From positions 640,001 through 704,000 of the forward strand of contig OY761556.1 in the NCBI GenBank assembly GCA_963664705.1: 64,000 nucleotides of DNA. The letters are read 5' to 3'. Shown here in pieces: positions 20,465 to 31,516 of this stretch (positions are counted from its first letter, which is position 1; each line of letters opens with the position of its first letter). Below the pieces are notes generated by a model. It did not search any database. It was not told where the DNA came from and was given only the letters and a program-made list of their open reading frames with translations. The position numbers and the translations under genes were made by a program. This DNA is from Acidobacteriota bacterium (GTDB taxonomy: Bacteria > Acidobacteriota > UBA6911).

Positions 20465-21604
20465 TTGGCGGGGGCAAAAAGATACGGGTTTGTCGACCTG
20501 CTGCGCGGCTTTGCCATTTTGGTGATGATTGAAACGCATGTCATGAATGCGTATCTTCCGCTGGAGCTGAAAAGAGGATCGACATTTTTCTTCTGGCTTT
20601 CCTTCATTAATGGCCTGGTTGCTCCCACATTCCTGTTTGCCGCAGGCTTTTCCATAATCCTGCAGGGCAATTCTCAATGGGACAACTGGATTCACCTCCG
20701 TCTCCCTTTCTGGAAACAAATGCGCCGGCTGGGCTTTATCTGCCTGGTTGCCTACTATAGCCACTTGCAGGGCTTCAGGTTGAGCCGCTATCTCAGTCGA
20801 TGGAATGATGGCTTGATGTGGGAACGGACGCTGCAGGTCGATGTGCTCCAGTGCATCGTCGTGTCCCTTCTGGTTGTTCATCTCCTGATTTTTGTTTTGC
20901 GAAGGAAACATTGGTTGCCATGGGGGCTGGGGCTGCTCTGCCTGTCGGTGGCTTTAACCACTCCACTGGTCTGGAATTACGATTTCAAGGGAACCCTTCC
21001 TCTCACTGTCGCTCTATTCTTGAATCCTCACGGAATCTCGCTGTTTCCTATCTTCCCCTGGCTCTGTTTCGTGCTGGCCGGAAGCCTGGCCGGCTCTCTT
21101 TTTCTGAAGTTTTCCGGTCCGGCCGACCTCCCCGGATTCATGGGGAAGGCTTTGTGGCTTGGCCTGACGATGATCTCCGCCGGGCTCTTGCTGCGGTATG
21201 CCCCATACACGCTTCCCGGATTTGTTAACTTTTATACAACCAGCCCGCTCTATATGATGATTCGAATCGGGTGCGTGCTGTTGTTTATGGTTTTGCTGTA
21301 CAGACTGGAAAACAGCGGGAAATGGATGCCCAAACCGATTCTGCTTGCGGGACAGGAGTCGCTGCTCGTCTATGGCGTTCATCTCTGGGTCATCTTTGCT
21401 TTCCTTCGGGGCAAGAAGCTCGGGCCGATACTCGGAAAGCAGATGGGATACGCGGGCTGTTTCCTTCTCAGCGCTGCCATAATCGTCGCAATGCTGTTGT
21501 TGGCAAAATACTGGCAGGCACTGAAAAAGAACCACCCATCCTTCACACGCCGTGCCCAGGCTGCCGTTGTTTTGATCATGATCGCAATTTTTGCACTGAA
21601 TTAG
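20465..21604 (+). CDS. DUF1624 / heparan-alpha-glucosaminide N-acetyltransferase-like membrane protein
   Basis: RYGFVDLLRGFAILVMIETH, APTFLFAAG, DVLQCI, FPIFPW and GQESLLVYGVH; many TM helices. Confidence 0.8.
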   Translation: MAGAKRYGFVDLLRGFAILVMIETHVMNAYLPLELKRGSTFFFWLSFINGLVAPTFLFAAGFSIILQGNSQWDNWIHLRLPFWKQMRRLGFICLVAYYSHLQGFRLSRYLSRWNDGLMWERTLQVDVLQCIVVSLLVVHLLIFVLRRKHWLPWGLGLLCLSVALTTPLVWNYDFKGTLPLTVALFLNPHGISLFPIFPWLCFVLAGSLAGSLFLKFSGPADLPGFMGKALWLGLTMISAGLLLRYAPYTLPGFVNFYTTSPLYMMIRIGCVLLFMVLLYRLENSGKWMPKPILLAGQESLLVYGVHLWVIFAFLRGKKLGPILGKQMGYAGCFLLSAAIIVAMLLLAKYWQALKKNHPSFTRRAQAAVVLIMIAIFALN

Positions 21605-21786
21605 ATCCCTTAGCTAATTGCGGATTGAGCAACAAAGTGAAGCCGGGACCCCCGCGGGAACGCCACGGTCTCGCCTAATGCCCGCATGTTATTAGCAAAA
21701 AGGCACGCCCGAATGGGAACGGTGAGGTGCGGCTGCTTTTTTTATGCCCTGCTCTGACTTGCAGGCAGCGATGTTATAATTGTCGC

Positions 21787-23601
21787 ATGAAGCGAACCCT
21801 GCTGATCCTGGTCCTTTGTTTTTGCATTGCTCCAAACGTATTCAGCGCGGAAGAATCGGTGCTTTCCATCCGTCCGGTTAATCCTTCGGCCCCTCTGGTT
21901 CCGGGTGAAACAACGGTCCTGACCGTCGAACTTGTGATCTCTCCGCCCTATCACATCAACTCAGATCGGCCTTTGCAGGACTATCTTATTCCAACCACGA
22001 TGGAGCTGCAGCCGCAGGCAGGATTTCGAATCGGGAAAGCTGTTTTTCCCCCCGCCCCTTCCAAGAAACTCCCGTTCTCTGATGAGCCGATGTCGGTGTA
22101 CGAGGGGACGGTTAAAATCCAGGTATCGTTGACTCCTGACACAGGAGTCAACGGCATCGTGAACCTCAAGGGCAAGCTTCGATATCAGGCATGCAACAAT
22201 CAATACTGCCTGCGCCCTGTAAGCCAGGATTTTCTTGTCCCGCTGAGTGTCGGCTCCGGCTCCGGAGTTCAACCATCTGCAGGGAAATCAACTCCCGAAA
22301 TAGGTAAGCCCCCGGTCGCGATGCAAAAGCAGGCGGACTCGGCCGGGGATTTCGGACACCGCGGATTATTGGTGACTTTCCTCCTGGTATTCCTGGGGGG
22401 GCTGGCTCTCAACCTGACACCGTGCGTCTATCCGATGATCCCCATCACAATCACATATTTTGGCGGCCAGGCCCAGGGGAAGAAAGGCAGCCTCATTGCG
22501 CACTCATTTCTTTATGTGATCGGCATGGCGGTGACCTATTCCATTCTTGGAGTTGTGGCTGCCATGACGGGCGGCCTTTTCGGCTCGGCCCATCAATATC
22601 CTCCTGTTCTGATCGGGATTGCGCTTGTGATGGGAATCCTGGCTTTAAGCATGTTTGATGTCTATGAATTCAGAATGCCGCAGTTCGTGAATCGGCTTGC
22701 GGGGAGTTCTCAAAAGGGTTTTGTCGGCACTTTTCTGATGGGGCTCACGGTAGGAATTGTCGCTGCGCCCTGCATCGGTCCCTTCGTGCTCGGACTCCTG
22801 ACCTATGTCGGGAACAAGGGGAATGCTGTTCTCGGGCTGGCTTTGTTCTTCGTCCTGGCAATCGGCATGGGCGTGCCTTTTATCGTGCTGGGTTTCTTTT
22901 CCGGAAGCATTCAGCGATTGCCGCGCTCCGGAGCCTGGATGATTTGGGTGCGAAAAATATTCGGATTCATCCTGCTGGCCATGGCGCTTTATTTCCTGAA
23001 ACCGCTCTTTCCGGCTCAAGCGGTGTATCATTTTACCCTTTCGATTCTGATGCTGGTGGCGGGCATATATCTGGCCTGGATTGCCAGCGTGCCCGGCGGT
23101 GGCACGATTTTTTCGCGATTGCGCAGCGTCGTCGGAATCGTGTTCATCGGATCGGCCGTCTATTTCGCACTGTCAGGGTTCGGATTCGGTCCGGAAAAAG
23201 CTCAGACTAGCGGAGGAGAAGGCGTCCAGTGGCTGCCCTATTCGGAAACGGTGTTGAACCAGGCTCAGCAGGAGTCGAAGCCCGTTTTCATCGATTTCTA
23301 TGCAGACTGGTGCGCTCCCTGCAAGGAACTTGATAAGCAGACCTATTCGACGCCCGAGGTTGTTGCCCTGTCGAAACAGTTTGTGATGTTGAAAGTGGAT
23401 CTAACCTCCTCGGAGGATCCCCTGGCCGAAAATCTGAGAAAGAAATACCAGGCAAGGGGAGTCCCCACGCTGGTATTTTTGACTCCGGATGGGAAGGAAA
23501 TTGCAAACCTTCGCGGAACCGGTTTCGAATCGAAGGATGTATTCCTGAAGAAGATGACCCTGGCTTTACAGGCCAGTTCCGGAAGGCAGGGGAATATTTA
23601 A
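21787..23601 (+). CDS. dsbD: Thiol:disulfide interchange protein DsbD
   Basis: YQACNNQYC, NLTPCVYPMIPI, AAPCIGP and FYADWCAPCK. Confidence 0.93.
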   Translation: MKRTLLILVLCFCIAPNVFSAEESVLSIRPVNPSAPLVPGETTVLTVELVISPPYHINSDRPLQDYLIPTTMELQPQAGFRIGKAVFPPAPSKKLPFSDEPMSVYEGTVKIQVSLTPDTGVNGIVNLKGKLRYQACNNQYCLRPVSQDFLVPLSVGSGSGVQPSAGKSTPEIGKPPVAMQKQADSAGDFGHRGLLVTFLLVFLGGLALNLTPCVYPMIPITITYFGGQAQGKKGSLIAHSFLYVIGMAVTYSILGVVAAMTGGLFGSAHQYPPVLIGIALVMGILALSMFDVYEFRMPQFVNRLAGSSQKGFVGTFLMGLTVGIVAAPCIGPFVLGLLTYVGNKGNAVLGLALFFVLAIGMGVPFIVLGFFSGSIQRLPRSGAWMIWVRKIFGFILLAMALYFLKPLFPAQAVYHFTLSILMLVAGIYLAWIASVPGGGTIFSRLRSVVGIVFIGSAVYFALSGFGFGPEKAQTSGGEGVQWLPYSETVLNQAQQESKPVFIDFYADWCAPCKELDKQTYSTPEVVALSKQFVMLKVDLTSSEDPLAENLRKKYQARGVPTLVFLTPDGKEIANLRGTGFESKDVFLKKMTLALQASSGRQGNI

Positions 23602-23653
23602 AACCCGCACGGCGACAGGTCGGCGGAGTTCATCAAACCTGAAAGGATGTTCA

Positions 23654-24022
23654 ATGCCGTATATAACTCCCACGTTGGTAAAACGGGTCAGCCCGATACA
23701 AACCGATATCACATGGAACGACGGACACTTCAGTTCCTACCCGTCCTGGTATTTGCGGGAAAACTGCATGTGTGCTGCCTGCGTTGAGGAATTCTCCGGG
23801 GAGAGAAAGGTCGGTCATGGGAACATCCCCGCTACGATTGAACGGCTAAGCGTTTCGCCCGTGGGCAACTATGCGTTGCAGTTTGGCTGGAGCGATGGAC
23901 ACGAAACCGGCATTTATACTTTTGAATATCTGCGTGGTTTATGTCCTTGTCCGCACTGCCGCCCACAGGGAATCGAGGAACCGCCCGAGCAGATTCTGAA
24001 GCCCGGATCTTTCGAAGTTTGA
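23654..24022 (+). CDS. DUF971 / GBBH-like N-terminal domain protein
   Basis: W.DGH.S.Y, LRENCMCAAC and VGNYALQFGWSDGHETGIY. Confidence 0.88.
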   Translation: MPYITPTLVKRVSPIQTDITWNDGHFSSYPSWYLRENCMCAACVEEFSGERKVGHGNIPATIERLSVSPVGNYALQFGWSDGHETGIYTFEYLRGLCPCPHCRPQGIEEPPEQILKPGSFEV

Positions 24023-24102
24023 TCCGATTTTTTGGCTGGAAATGATGGACTCCTCACGCTTTTGCCATTTATTAAAATATATTAATATTGCTTGCGTAAA
24101 AG

Positions 24103-24131
24103 TTGCTTTTTGCAAATCGAGCATGTATATT
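24103..24131 (+). promoter_or_regulatory. Sigma70-type promoter for the cold-shock gene
   Basis: TTGCTT-N17-TATATT with an AT-rich UP-like tract at 24068-24089. Confidence 0.5.
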
Positions 24132-24313
24132 CGTCATCGACTTGGATCAGGTTTCTCCCGAGAGAGATGGGTCCAGCAGTTAGGAGGTGGAGGTAGCTCC
24201 ACCGTTTGGTTTCGTCCCCCCTTGGGTTTAAATGGAACGAAAACAGACAATCGATGTTTAAAGTGTATCCTTGCGTGCCGCGCGGGATGTTATTGAAGTA
24301 AAGAAGAGGAAAA

Positions 24314-24523
24314 ATGAAAGAACAAGGCGTGGTTAAATGGTTTAACAACGAAAAAGGCTACGGATTTATTCGGCGCGATTCAGGGGATGATGTTTTCGTG
24401 CACCATTCCGCGATTCAGGCCTCCGGCTTCAAGTCATTGAACGAAGGTGATCACGTTGAATTCAATGTAGCCAAAGGGCCCAAAGGATACCAGGCCCAGG
24501 ATGTTGTGAAACTGCAATCCTAA
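24314..24523 (+). CDS. Cold-shock protein (CspA family)
   Basis: [15 protein letters not shown] and DVFVHHSAI. Confidence 0.96.
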   Translation: MKEQGVVKWFNNEKGYGFIRRDSGDDVFVHHSAIQASGFKSLNEGDHVEFNVAKGPKGYQAQDVVKLQS

Positions 24524-24533
24524 TAATCCCAAG

Positions 24534-24560
24534 GGAGGTTCCGGGCTGCCCGGGACCTCC
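24534..24560. terminator. Hairpin after the csp gene, between convergent genes
   Basis: GGAGGTTCCGGG-ctg-CCCGGGACCTCC. Confidence 0.55.
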
Positions 24561-24636
24561 ACCCATAATTCCGTCCTGCATAAATTAAGTTCAAGATTTT
24601 AAATTCCAGACTCCGTCCCTTCCGATGGAAATTGTC

Positions 24637-25275
24637 TCAGGATCGTTTACCAAAGGTCTGTCGATTCAATTCGATCATTTCGGTGACAAGCGTCTTGGCG
24701 CGTAGAGCGGAGTTGATGCATTCGCGCAAATTTTCCTGCGCCTCGGAACTCGACTCTGTTCCGAACATGGCCAATTCCGCGTAGCCCAGGACTCCGGACA
24801 GGATGTTATTGAAATCGTGGGCCATTTTTCTCACCCTGGTGACGTATTCCGGATTGACGATCGGAGCCGTCTGCGGTGCGGCGGCTTTTTTCTTGTCCAG
24901 GGGATCCATAATCAGCTGATAGGAGAGGATGTGGCCTTCGGCATTTTGAAGCGGAGATATCTGGCATTGGACGTGGATTTCGTGTCCCCATGATGTGCGG
25001 AGATATGCTTCGAAGCTGCCAGGCGTCGATGCGGCCATGCATTTCCGGATATTTTCAGGCAGCTCTGTTGATTCCAGGGCTGGAATCTCCGTCAACCTTT
25101 TCCCGTAAACCGGCTCGCTGGACAGGGATTCGAAAACAGATAATCCCGGCGAATTTACGCCGACAATGATCCCTGATGGATCCATGGAAACTACAATGGG
25201 CGCTGTGGGCGTTGGAGCTCCGATGAGGGTATCGCCGGCATTATCCTTGGCCTTCATTTCATCGATCACGTGCAT
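24637..25275 (-). CDS. PAS + HisKA (DHp) protein lacking the HATPase domain
   Basis: PAS-like N-terminal part; MAHDFNNILSGVLGYAEL H-box; stop directly after the second DHp helix. Confidence 0.72.
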   Translation of the reverse strand: MHVIDEMKAKDNAGDTLIGAPTPTAPIVVSMDPSGIIVGVNSPGLSVFESLSSEPVYGKRLTEIPALESTELPENIRKCMAASTPGSFEAYLRTSWGHEIHVQCQISPLQNAEGHILSYQLIMDPLDKKKAAAPQTAPIVNPEYVTRVRKMAHDFNNILSGVLGYAELAMFGTESSSEAQENLRECINSALRAKTLVTEMIELNRQTFGKRS

Positions 25276-25333
25276 CTCCCCGGGGGGCTTAGGGAATCAG
25301 AACGACGGTCTCAATCCTTTACCGGTTATCCGC

Positions 25334-26122
25334 CTATTCCTGCAGGAGAGTTTCCAGCTTTTTCCGGAGTTCGGCAAGTTCCTTGGATTTGAAAGAATTC
25401 TTGGTATGGACCAGTACGTCTACCGCGTCCTGAACGCCTCGTTTATAGGATATCAGCCGGGGACAATTCATGAGCGTGCACACATTTTCGCTGGTGTCCC
25501 CGCCTGATTGCTTCAGCGAACGGATCGTTGAGACAAGATTCAGCGATATATTGGTAAATTGCCTTACCGTTTCATCGAGGTACCAGTCGAGCGTCCCGCT
25601 TTTGGTGGCCACTGCGCCGGTTCCCTGGTTCGACAGCAGGGACGTCTCCATCTCCTGAATATTACTGAGCCATTGGGAGAAGTCCTTGCGCATGCCCTGC
25701 ATTTTGCGCAGGACTTTGCCTTTCTGGATGGCGGAGCGACAGACCTTGAGCAGGTCGGACGAGATGACGGGCTTGATGATGTAATCGACTACGGAGAGGC
25801 GGAGACACTCTACCGCCGAGTCGAGGGAAGGATATCCGGTCACGATGAGGACTGGGAGGAAGAATGAATCGCCAGCCCGATCCCGCAGGAATTCCAGATT
25901 TCGGTTGCCTGGCATGTTGATATCGATCATCAACAGATCGTATCTGTTTTTTTTGAGACACTCCTCCGCTTCCTGGACCGTGTGAACACAGTCGCACATG
26001 TAGCCGTGCGCTTCCAGTATTTTGGACGTAGGGATCAAGAAGATATCTTCGTCATCCGCAATCAAAATGCGATCCTGGTCGCTGGATTCCTGTTCCTTTA
26101 CGTCTTGTTTCTGGTCGTCCAT
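25334..26122 (-). CDS. Response regulator (receiver + uncharacterised C-terminal domain)
   Basis: RILIADDE, LLMIDINMPG, IVTGY and YIIKP. Confidence 0.88.
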   Translation of the reverse strand: MDDQKQDVKEQESSDQDRILIADDEDIFLIPTSKILEAHGYMCDCVHTVQEAEECLKKNRYDLLMIDINMPGNRNLEFLRDRAGDSFFLPVLIVTGYPSLDSAVECLRLSVVDYIIKPVISSDLLKVCRSAIQKGKVLRKMQGMRKDFSQWLSNIQEMETSLLSNQGTGAVATKSGTLDWYLDETVRQFTNISLNLVSTIRSLKQSGGDTSENVCTLMNCPRLISYKRGVQDAVDVLVHTKNSFKSKELAELRKKLETLLQE

Positions 26123-26310
26123 AGAAATCCTGAGTGTGTTTTATAGATTAAGATTTATTGATATGGGAATCTACACCGGAAATGAGCTGAAAACAACAGT
26201 AGAAAGCATGCGAGGTGGCCACACTCCACCAGTGCGCTACCGGTGCGGGACCGTGATTGCCACTGCATGGGATGGCTGAAGCTTTCGAACCTGGCGGGAA
26301 CCTGGCGGTG

Positions 26311-26347
26311 CGGATACCCCGGGCATCAGGAATGCCCGGGGTATCCG
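26311..26347. terminator. Perfect 16-bp hairpin after the REC-REC gene
   Basis: CGGATACCCCGGGCAT-cagga-ATGCCCGGGGTATCCG; no U-tract. Confidence 0.5.
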
Positions 26348-26358
26348 TTCCTGAATGT

Positions 26359-27543
26359 TTAACTCATTGATCCGACCGCGCTCTGAACGGACATATCAAT
26401 TGGGAAAGAGGCGGTTTCAGCAAATTGTTTCAATGAATCCCTGGCCGCAGGCGACTCGGCAGCGAACCGGATGGTCATTGAAAGGTTCGACGCGTGTTCG
26501 ACAAGATCAATGAACTTCCTTGTGATGGCCATATCCGACAGGAGACCCTGGTGAACTTCGATAACCAGTTTTGTCAACCCTTCTTCAACCATCTCATCCA
26601 CTTCCTTCCGGATGTTTGTCCCCAGTGCTCCGGAGTAAAGCCTGAACATCGGGCTCTTGTCGGGGGGACACGGCAGAACGCGGATATCGCCCGAGACCGT
26701 CAGGAACTTATTCTGGGCAGCTTTCTGCGATGGTGGCGCCAGGTTGGACACGAGCTGGGTAACATCTTCCTGGCTGAAGGGTTTGTACAGAAAGAGCTTC
26801 AGTCCGTGCGACTGGGCATTATCGATGTCTCCCTGGGCTGTGCGGAGCGGCATGACAGCCACGCGGGTTGTGCTGGAGCCGTTGCCCTGAGTTTTTGCAA
26901 AAGCTTCGTAGACATCCATGGCATTCATGTCCGGCAGACTTGAGTCCAGGAAAACAAACTCAAAACGGGTGCGCGCCATGGCCGCCAACGCGGCCTTGCC
27001 CGAATCGGCAGTAACGACATTGAATCCATCCCCGATGTATTGCTTCAGCATGTTGAGGATGTTTTCCTTGTCATCAATGGCAAGAATGCTCGCTTTTCCC
27101 GGGACCGTAACCGGTGCCGCCGGCGCAGCAGGCGCTGCCGCGGGTGCCGCTTCAGTCGGGATTTCGGTGCCCTCGAACAGATTCAGGATTGGATTTACCT
27201 TCAAGAGAAGGACGTCGCGTGTGAACGGCTTGGCGATATAGTCCCGGAGCCCAAGCTTCATCAGCTTGATCACGGTTTCCTTCACGGTTTCGGTGGTCAG
27301 CATTACAACAGGGATCGGTTTCAGCTTGGGATCTGTCTTCAGCTCAACCAGCGTGTGATATCCGTCCATGACCGGCATGTTGTAGTCGAGCAAAATCAAG
27401 TCCGGCGCCCCTTCGCGAGCGCGTACGAGTCCCTGTTCGCCGTTTTCGGCTTCCAGCATTTTTACTCCGAATGGAGCTAAATGTTTGGCGACGATGAGTC
27501 GCAAAGTCTTACTATCATCTATGGTCAGTACTGTCTTACCCAC
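26359..27543 (-). CDS. Tandem-receiver response regulator with STAS-like C-terminus
   Basis: Two receivers (IDDS..LLDYNMP..AKPF; IDDK..FLDSSLP..YKPF) joined by an Ala/Pro linker; a C-terminal domain of about 115 aa with a STAS-like pattern. Confidence 0.8.
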   Translation of the reverse strand: MGKTVLTIDDSKTLRLIVAKHLAPFGVKMLEAENGEQGLVRAREGAPDLILLDYNMPVMDGYHTLVELKTDPKLKPIPVVMLTTETVKETVIKLMKLGLRDYIAKPFTRDVLLLKVNPILNLFEGTEIPTEAAPAAAPAAPAAPVTVPGKASILAIDDKENILNMLKQYIGDGFNVVTADSGKAALAAMARTRFEFVFLDSSLPDMNAMDVYEAFAKTQGNGSSTTRVAVMPLRTAQGDIDNAQSHGLKLFLYKPFSQEDVTQLVSNLAPPSQKAAQNKFLTVSGDIRVLPCPPDKSPMFRLYSGALGTNIRKEVDEMVEEGLTKLVIEVHQGLLSDMAITRKFIDLVEHASNLSMTIRFAAESPAARDSLKQFAETASFPIDMSVQSAVGSMS

Positions 27544-27602
27544 GGAAGCCCTCCTTGGAACTATCCTTTACATCAAATGTTGATATCGCTGAACCCATTT
27601 TG

Positions 27603-28091
27603 CTACACCTGTTCAACAACCAATTGAACAGCCAATGAACAGTGTCCTGCCTGGACCTGGAGCACACGTTGTTCGGAATCCTTGGGCGCATGGGTTGAAT
27701 AGTCGTTCCCACTGATGACCGATGGGATTGAGATTTTGAAAAGCTCTTCTTTCTGGGATGCGAATTTCTTGAGCCCTCCGGCAAGCATATTGACAATCTC
27801 GCCCATGGCATCGGAAACAATTTCATCCAATTCGCTGAAGCTCATGCCCAGCAATCCGGAAGCCAGAAAGCAGGAGTCTTCGGGGCTCATATGGAGAGCC
27901 AGAAAGCCCGACACTTTGCCTCCAAATCCGACGATGGCTGAAACCCCCAGAGGCAACACGTTATCCGTGCACGGCACGATGATAGGCTGCAGGTTAAGCA
28001 TTGTGGAGAAAACTTCGGCCACAGCTTTCTCGAGACTGCTTTCCAGTTCGGGCATTGTTACATTCCCCATGTTAGCGGCAACCGTACTCAT
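27603..28091 (-). CDS. cheX: CheX-family phosphatase
   Basis: VSAIVGFGGKVSG, DAMGEIVNMLAG (ExxN) and ISIPSVISG; AAGGAG RBS before ATG 28091. Confidence 0.88.
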   Translation of the reverse strand: MSTVAANMGNVTMPELESSLEKAVAEVFSTMLNLQPIIVPCTDNVLPLGVSAIVGFGGKVSGFLALHMSPEDSCFLASGLLGMSFSELDEIVSDAMGEIVNMLAGGLKKFASQKEELFKISIPSVISGNDYSTHAPKDSEQRVLQVQAGHCSLAVQLVVEQV

Positions 28092-28164
28092 TCTCACTCC
28101 TTGGTTTTGCCGACTGCAGTTGTTCTTGGTCGGCAGGTTTGTTCAACTGCAACTAGGATATCTT

Positions 28165-29034
28165 TTAGTGGATCGTTGACGGCCTGCTCCTGCTCTGTTT
28201 CATATTTGTGAGTTCACTAAGCCAGATTGAAGTCTGGGCGCATGCGCGTTCAAAATCTTCTACTTTGAGCCCCAACCGCTCTCTTGATCCGGCGTAATCA
28301 ATCGGGAAGTTCATTCCGTCCGCGCCAAGCCCGGCCCCCAGTGACTTGGCCGCAAGATTTGCGAGCATGACCACGTCAATCAGGGGATCGGTGTTTTCAT
28401 TGCCAATACTGTGGTGTTTGCCGATGGCATTCGTAATATCATCCGGGAAGTGCCATTGACGGGCCATTTCAGCTCCGACTTCGGTGTGATCGCAGCCCAG
28501 CAGCTCCCTTTCCGCGTCAACAAAGGTAATCTTCTTTTGCTCGGCCAGCGCAAGGACATGCTCCGTGTCCGTGCTGAGATATCGGACAATCAGGAGTTTC
28601 CCGATATCGTGCAGCAACGCAGCAATCTGAGCGTTTTTCGGAATGGCATGCGTTTTCGATTCAGCTTCCAGGGCGCGGACTGCAAGCGACGCGGCGGCGC
28701 TGTGGAGCCAGAAATCATTTTCAGTCAGGCTGTACATGGGTGCAGCCGGCTTGAGCGATGTCAGATGATCTCCCAGTATGATATTGAGAAGATTGGCCGC
28801 GCCCAGGCGGATGACGGCAGCGCCGATGGTATCGGTGCGAAAGGATCCTCCATAAGCTCCTGAATTGGCGACCTTCAGGATATTCGCTGCCACGGCTCCG
28901 TCATATTCTATGATCGCGGCGATTTCGCGGATGCGCACGTCTTCATCCGACAAAGCCGTCATGAGCTTCTGAACAGTAATGGGCAAAGGATCGAGCCGCT
29001 GAATTCCATCCAAAAGCCGCTCAGGAATTGCCAC
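28165..29034 (-). CDS. HDOD domain protein
   Basis: ILKVANS, AVIRLG, FWLHS, ALLHDIGK and W.FP.....I.KHH. Confidence 0.92.
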   Translation of the reverse strand: MAIPERLLDGIQRLDPLPITVQKLMTALSDEDVRIREIAAIIEYDGAVAANILKVANSGAYGGSFRTDTIGAAVIRLGAANLLNIILGDHLTSLKPAAPMYSLTENDFWLHSAAASLAVRALEAESKTHAIPKNAQIAALLHDIGKLLIVRYLSTDTEHVLALAEQKKITFVDAERELLGCDHTEVGAEMARQWHFPDDITNAIGKHHSIGNENTDPLIDVVMLANLAAKSLGAGLGADGMNFPIDYAGSRERLGLKVEDFERACAQTSIWLSELTNMKQSRSRPSTIH

Positions 29035-29061
29035 GATAATGTCCTTTCTTTAAGACTGCAT

Positions 29062-30530
<1,469 letters not shown>

Positions 30531-30559
<29 letters not shown>

Positions 30560-30938
30560 TCAAAGTCACTCCTGTCAGCTGAATGACGGAATTGCGCAGC
30601 ATTTCGGCCGTAAAGGGCTTGTGAACAAAGCCGATGCCCCGCTGCTTCAAGGTATCGATTCGGGTTGAGCTGCTTTCGGTCGAGACCACAATCATGGGGA
30701 GATCCGCTAATTCTGGAATCTGCCTGATGGAGTCGATCATCTCCATGCCGTTCATGACGGGCATGTTGATATCCAGCAGGACCAGGTCGACCCAGTTTTT
30801 TCCGAGTATCTCGAGCGCTTCCTGTCCATTCCCAGCCTGGAGAACGTCATTGAGTTCCAGGCCGCTCATTCGCAGGGTGCGAATCACAATCGAGCGCATA
30901 ACGGAGCTGTCATCCACAACCAGGACATTCAGCGCCAT
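30531..30938 (-). CDS. cheY: CheY-like single-domain response regulator
   Basis: VLVVDDS, LLDINMP, VSTE and HKPF; GGAGG RBS before ATG 30938. Confidence 0.88.
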
Positions 30939-31000
30939 GTTTTGCCTCCCATCCGATTTCCTCCGCCCTTGATTGTGCAATGGCTTTGCATTCGTTTCTC

Positions 31001-31489
31001 CTACAGTTTCCGTGTGATGCCGTCTGCTCTTATCGAGACATCGCCCGTCTGAATATCCAGAGTCATGGTCCTGGGGCAGCTGCCTCCCACGTCATGCGCG
31101 TTTATGAGCACGCCGTTTTTCCACAGCAGCTTGCGCAGCATTACGAAATTGCGCTTTCCAATCTGGAAATAGTCGTCCTCATCTGCGCCCCGCGCACATG
31201 CACCCCCCGCAACCTTGACGATGAGACGTTCCTTTTTTCCTCCGAGGCGGTAGCATTGCCGAAACAATTCAGGGACTCCCGTGTCGACGAACATATAGGG
31301 ATTCTCCTGAGCTTTCTTGGCGTCGATGCTGGACTGCGGCAGCATGGCGTGCAACATTCCGCCTACGCAGGTTTCAGGGTCATAGACCGTAATCCCCAGA
31401 CAACTCCCGAGAGCATACGTGATAATCGAATCTCCAGTTTCGGCCGAGAGTTTCAAATCAGCGACTCCGACTACATGTATAGCTTGCAC
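31001..31489 (-). CDS. cheD: Chemoreceptor glutamine deamidase CheD
   Basis: TYALGSCLG, GGMLHAMLP, KVAGGA, IGKRN and DVGG. Confidence 0.95.
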   Translation of the reverse strand: MQAIHVVGVADLKLSAETGDSIITYALGSCLGITVYDPETCVGGMLHAMLPQSSIDAKKAQENPYMFVDTGVPELFRQCYRLGGKKERLIVKVAGGACARGADEDDYFQIGKRNFVMLRKLLWKNGVLINAHDVGGSCPRTMTLDIQTGDVSIRADGITRKL

Positions 31490-31516
31490 GCAAACCGCTC
31501 CGAATCCGTTAATGCA

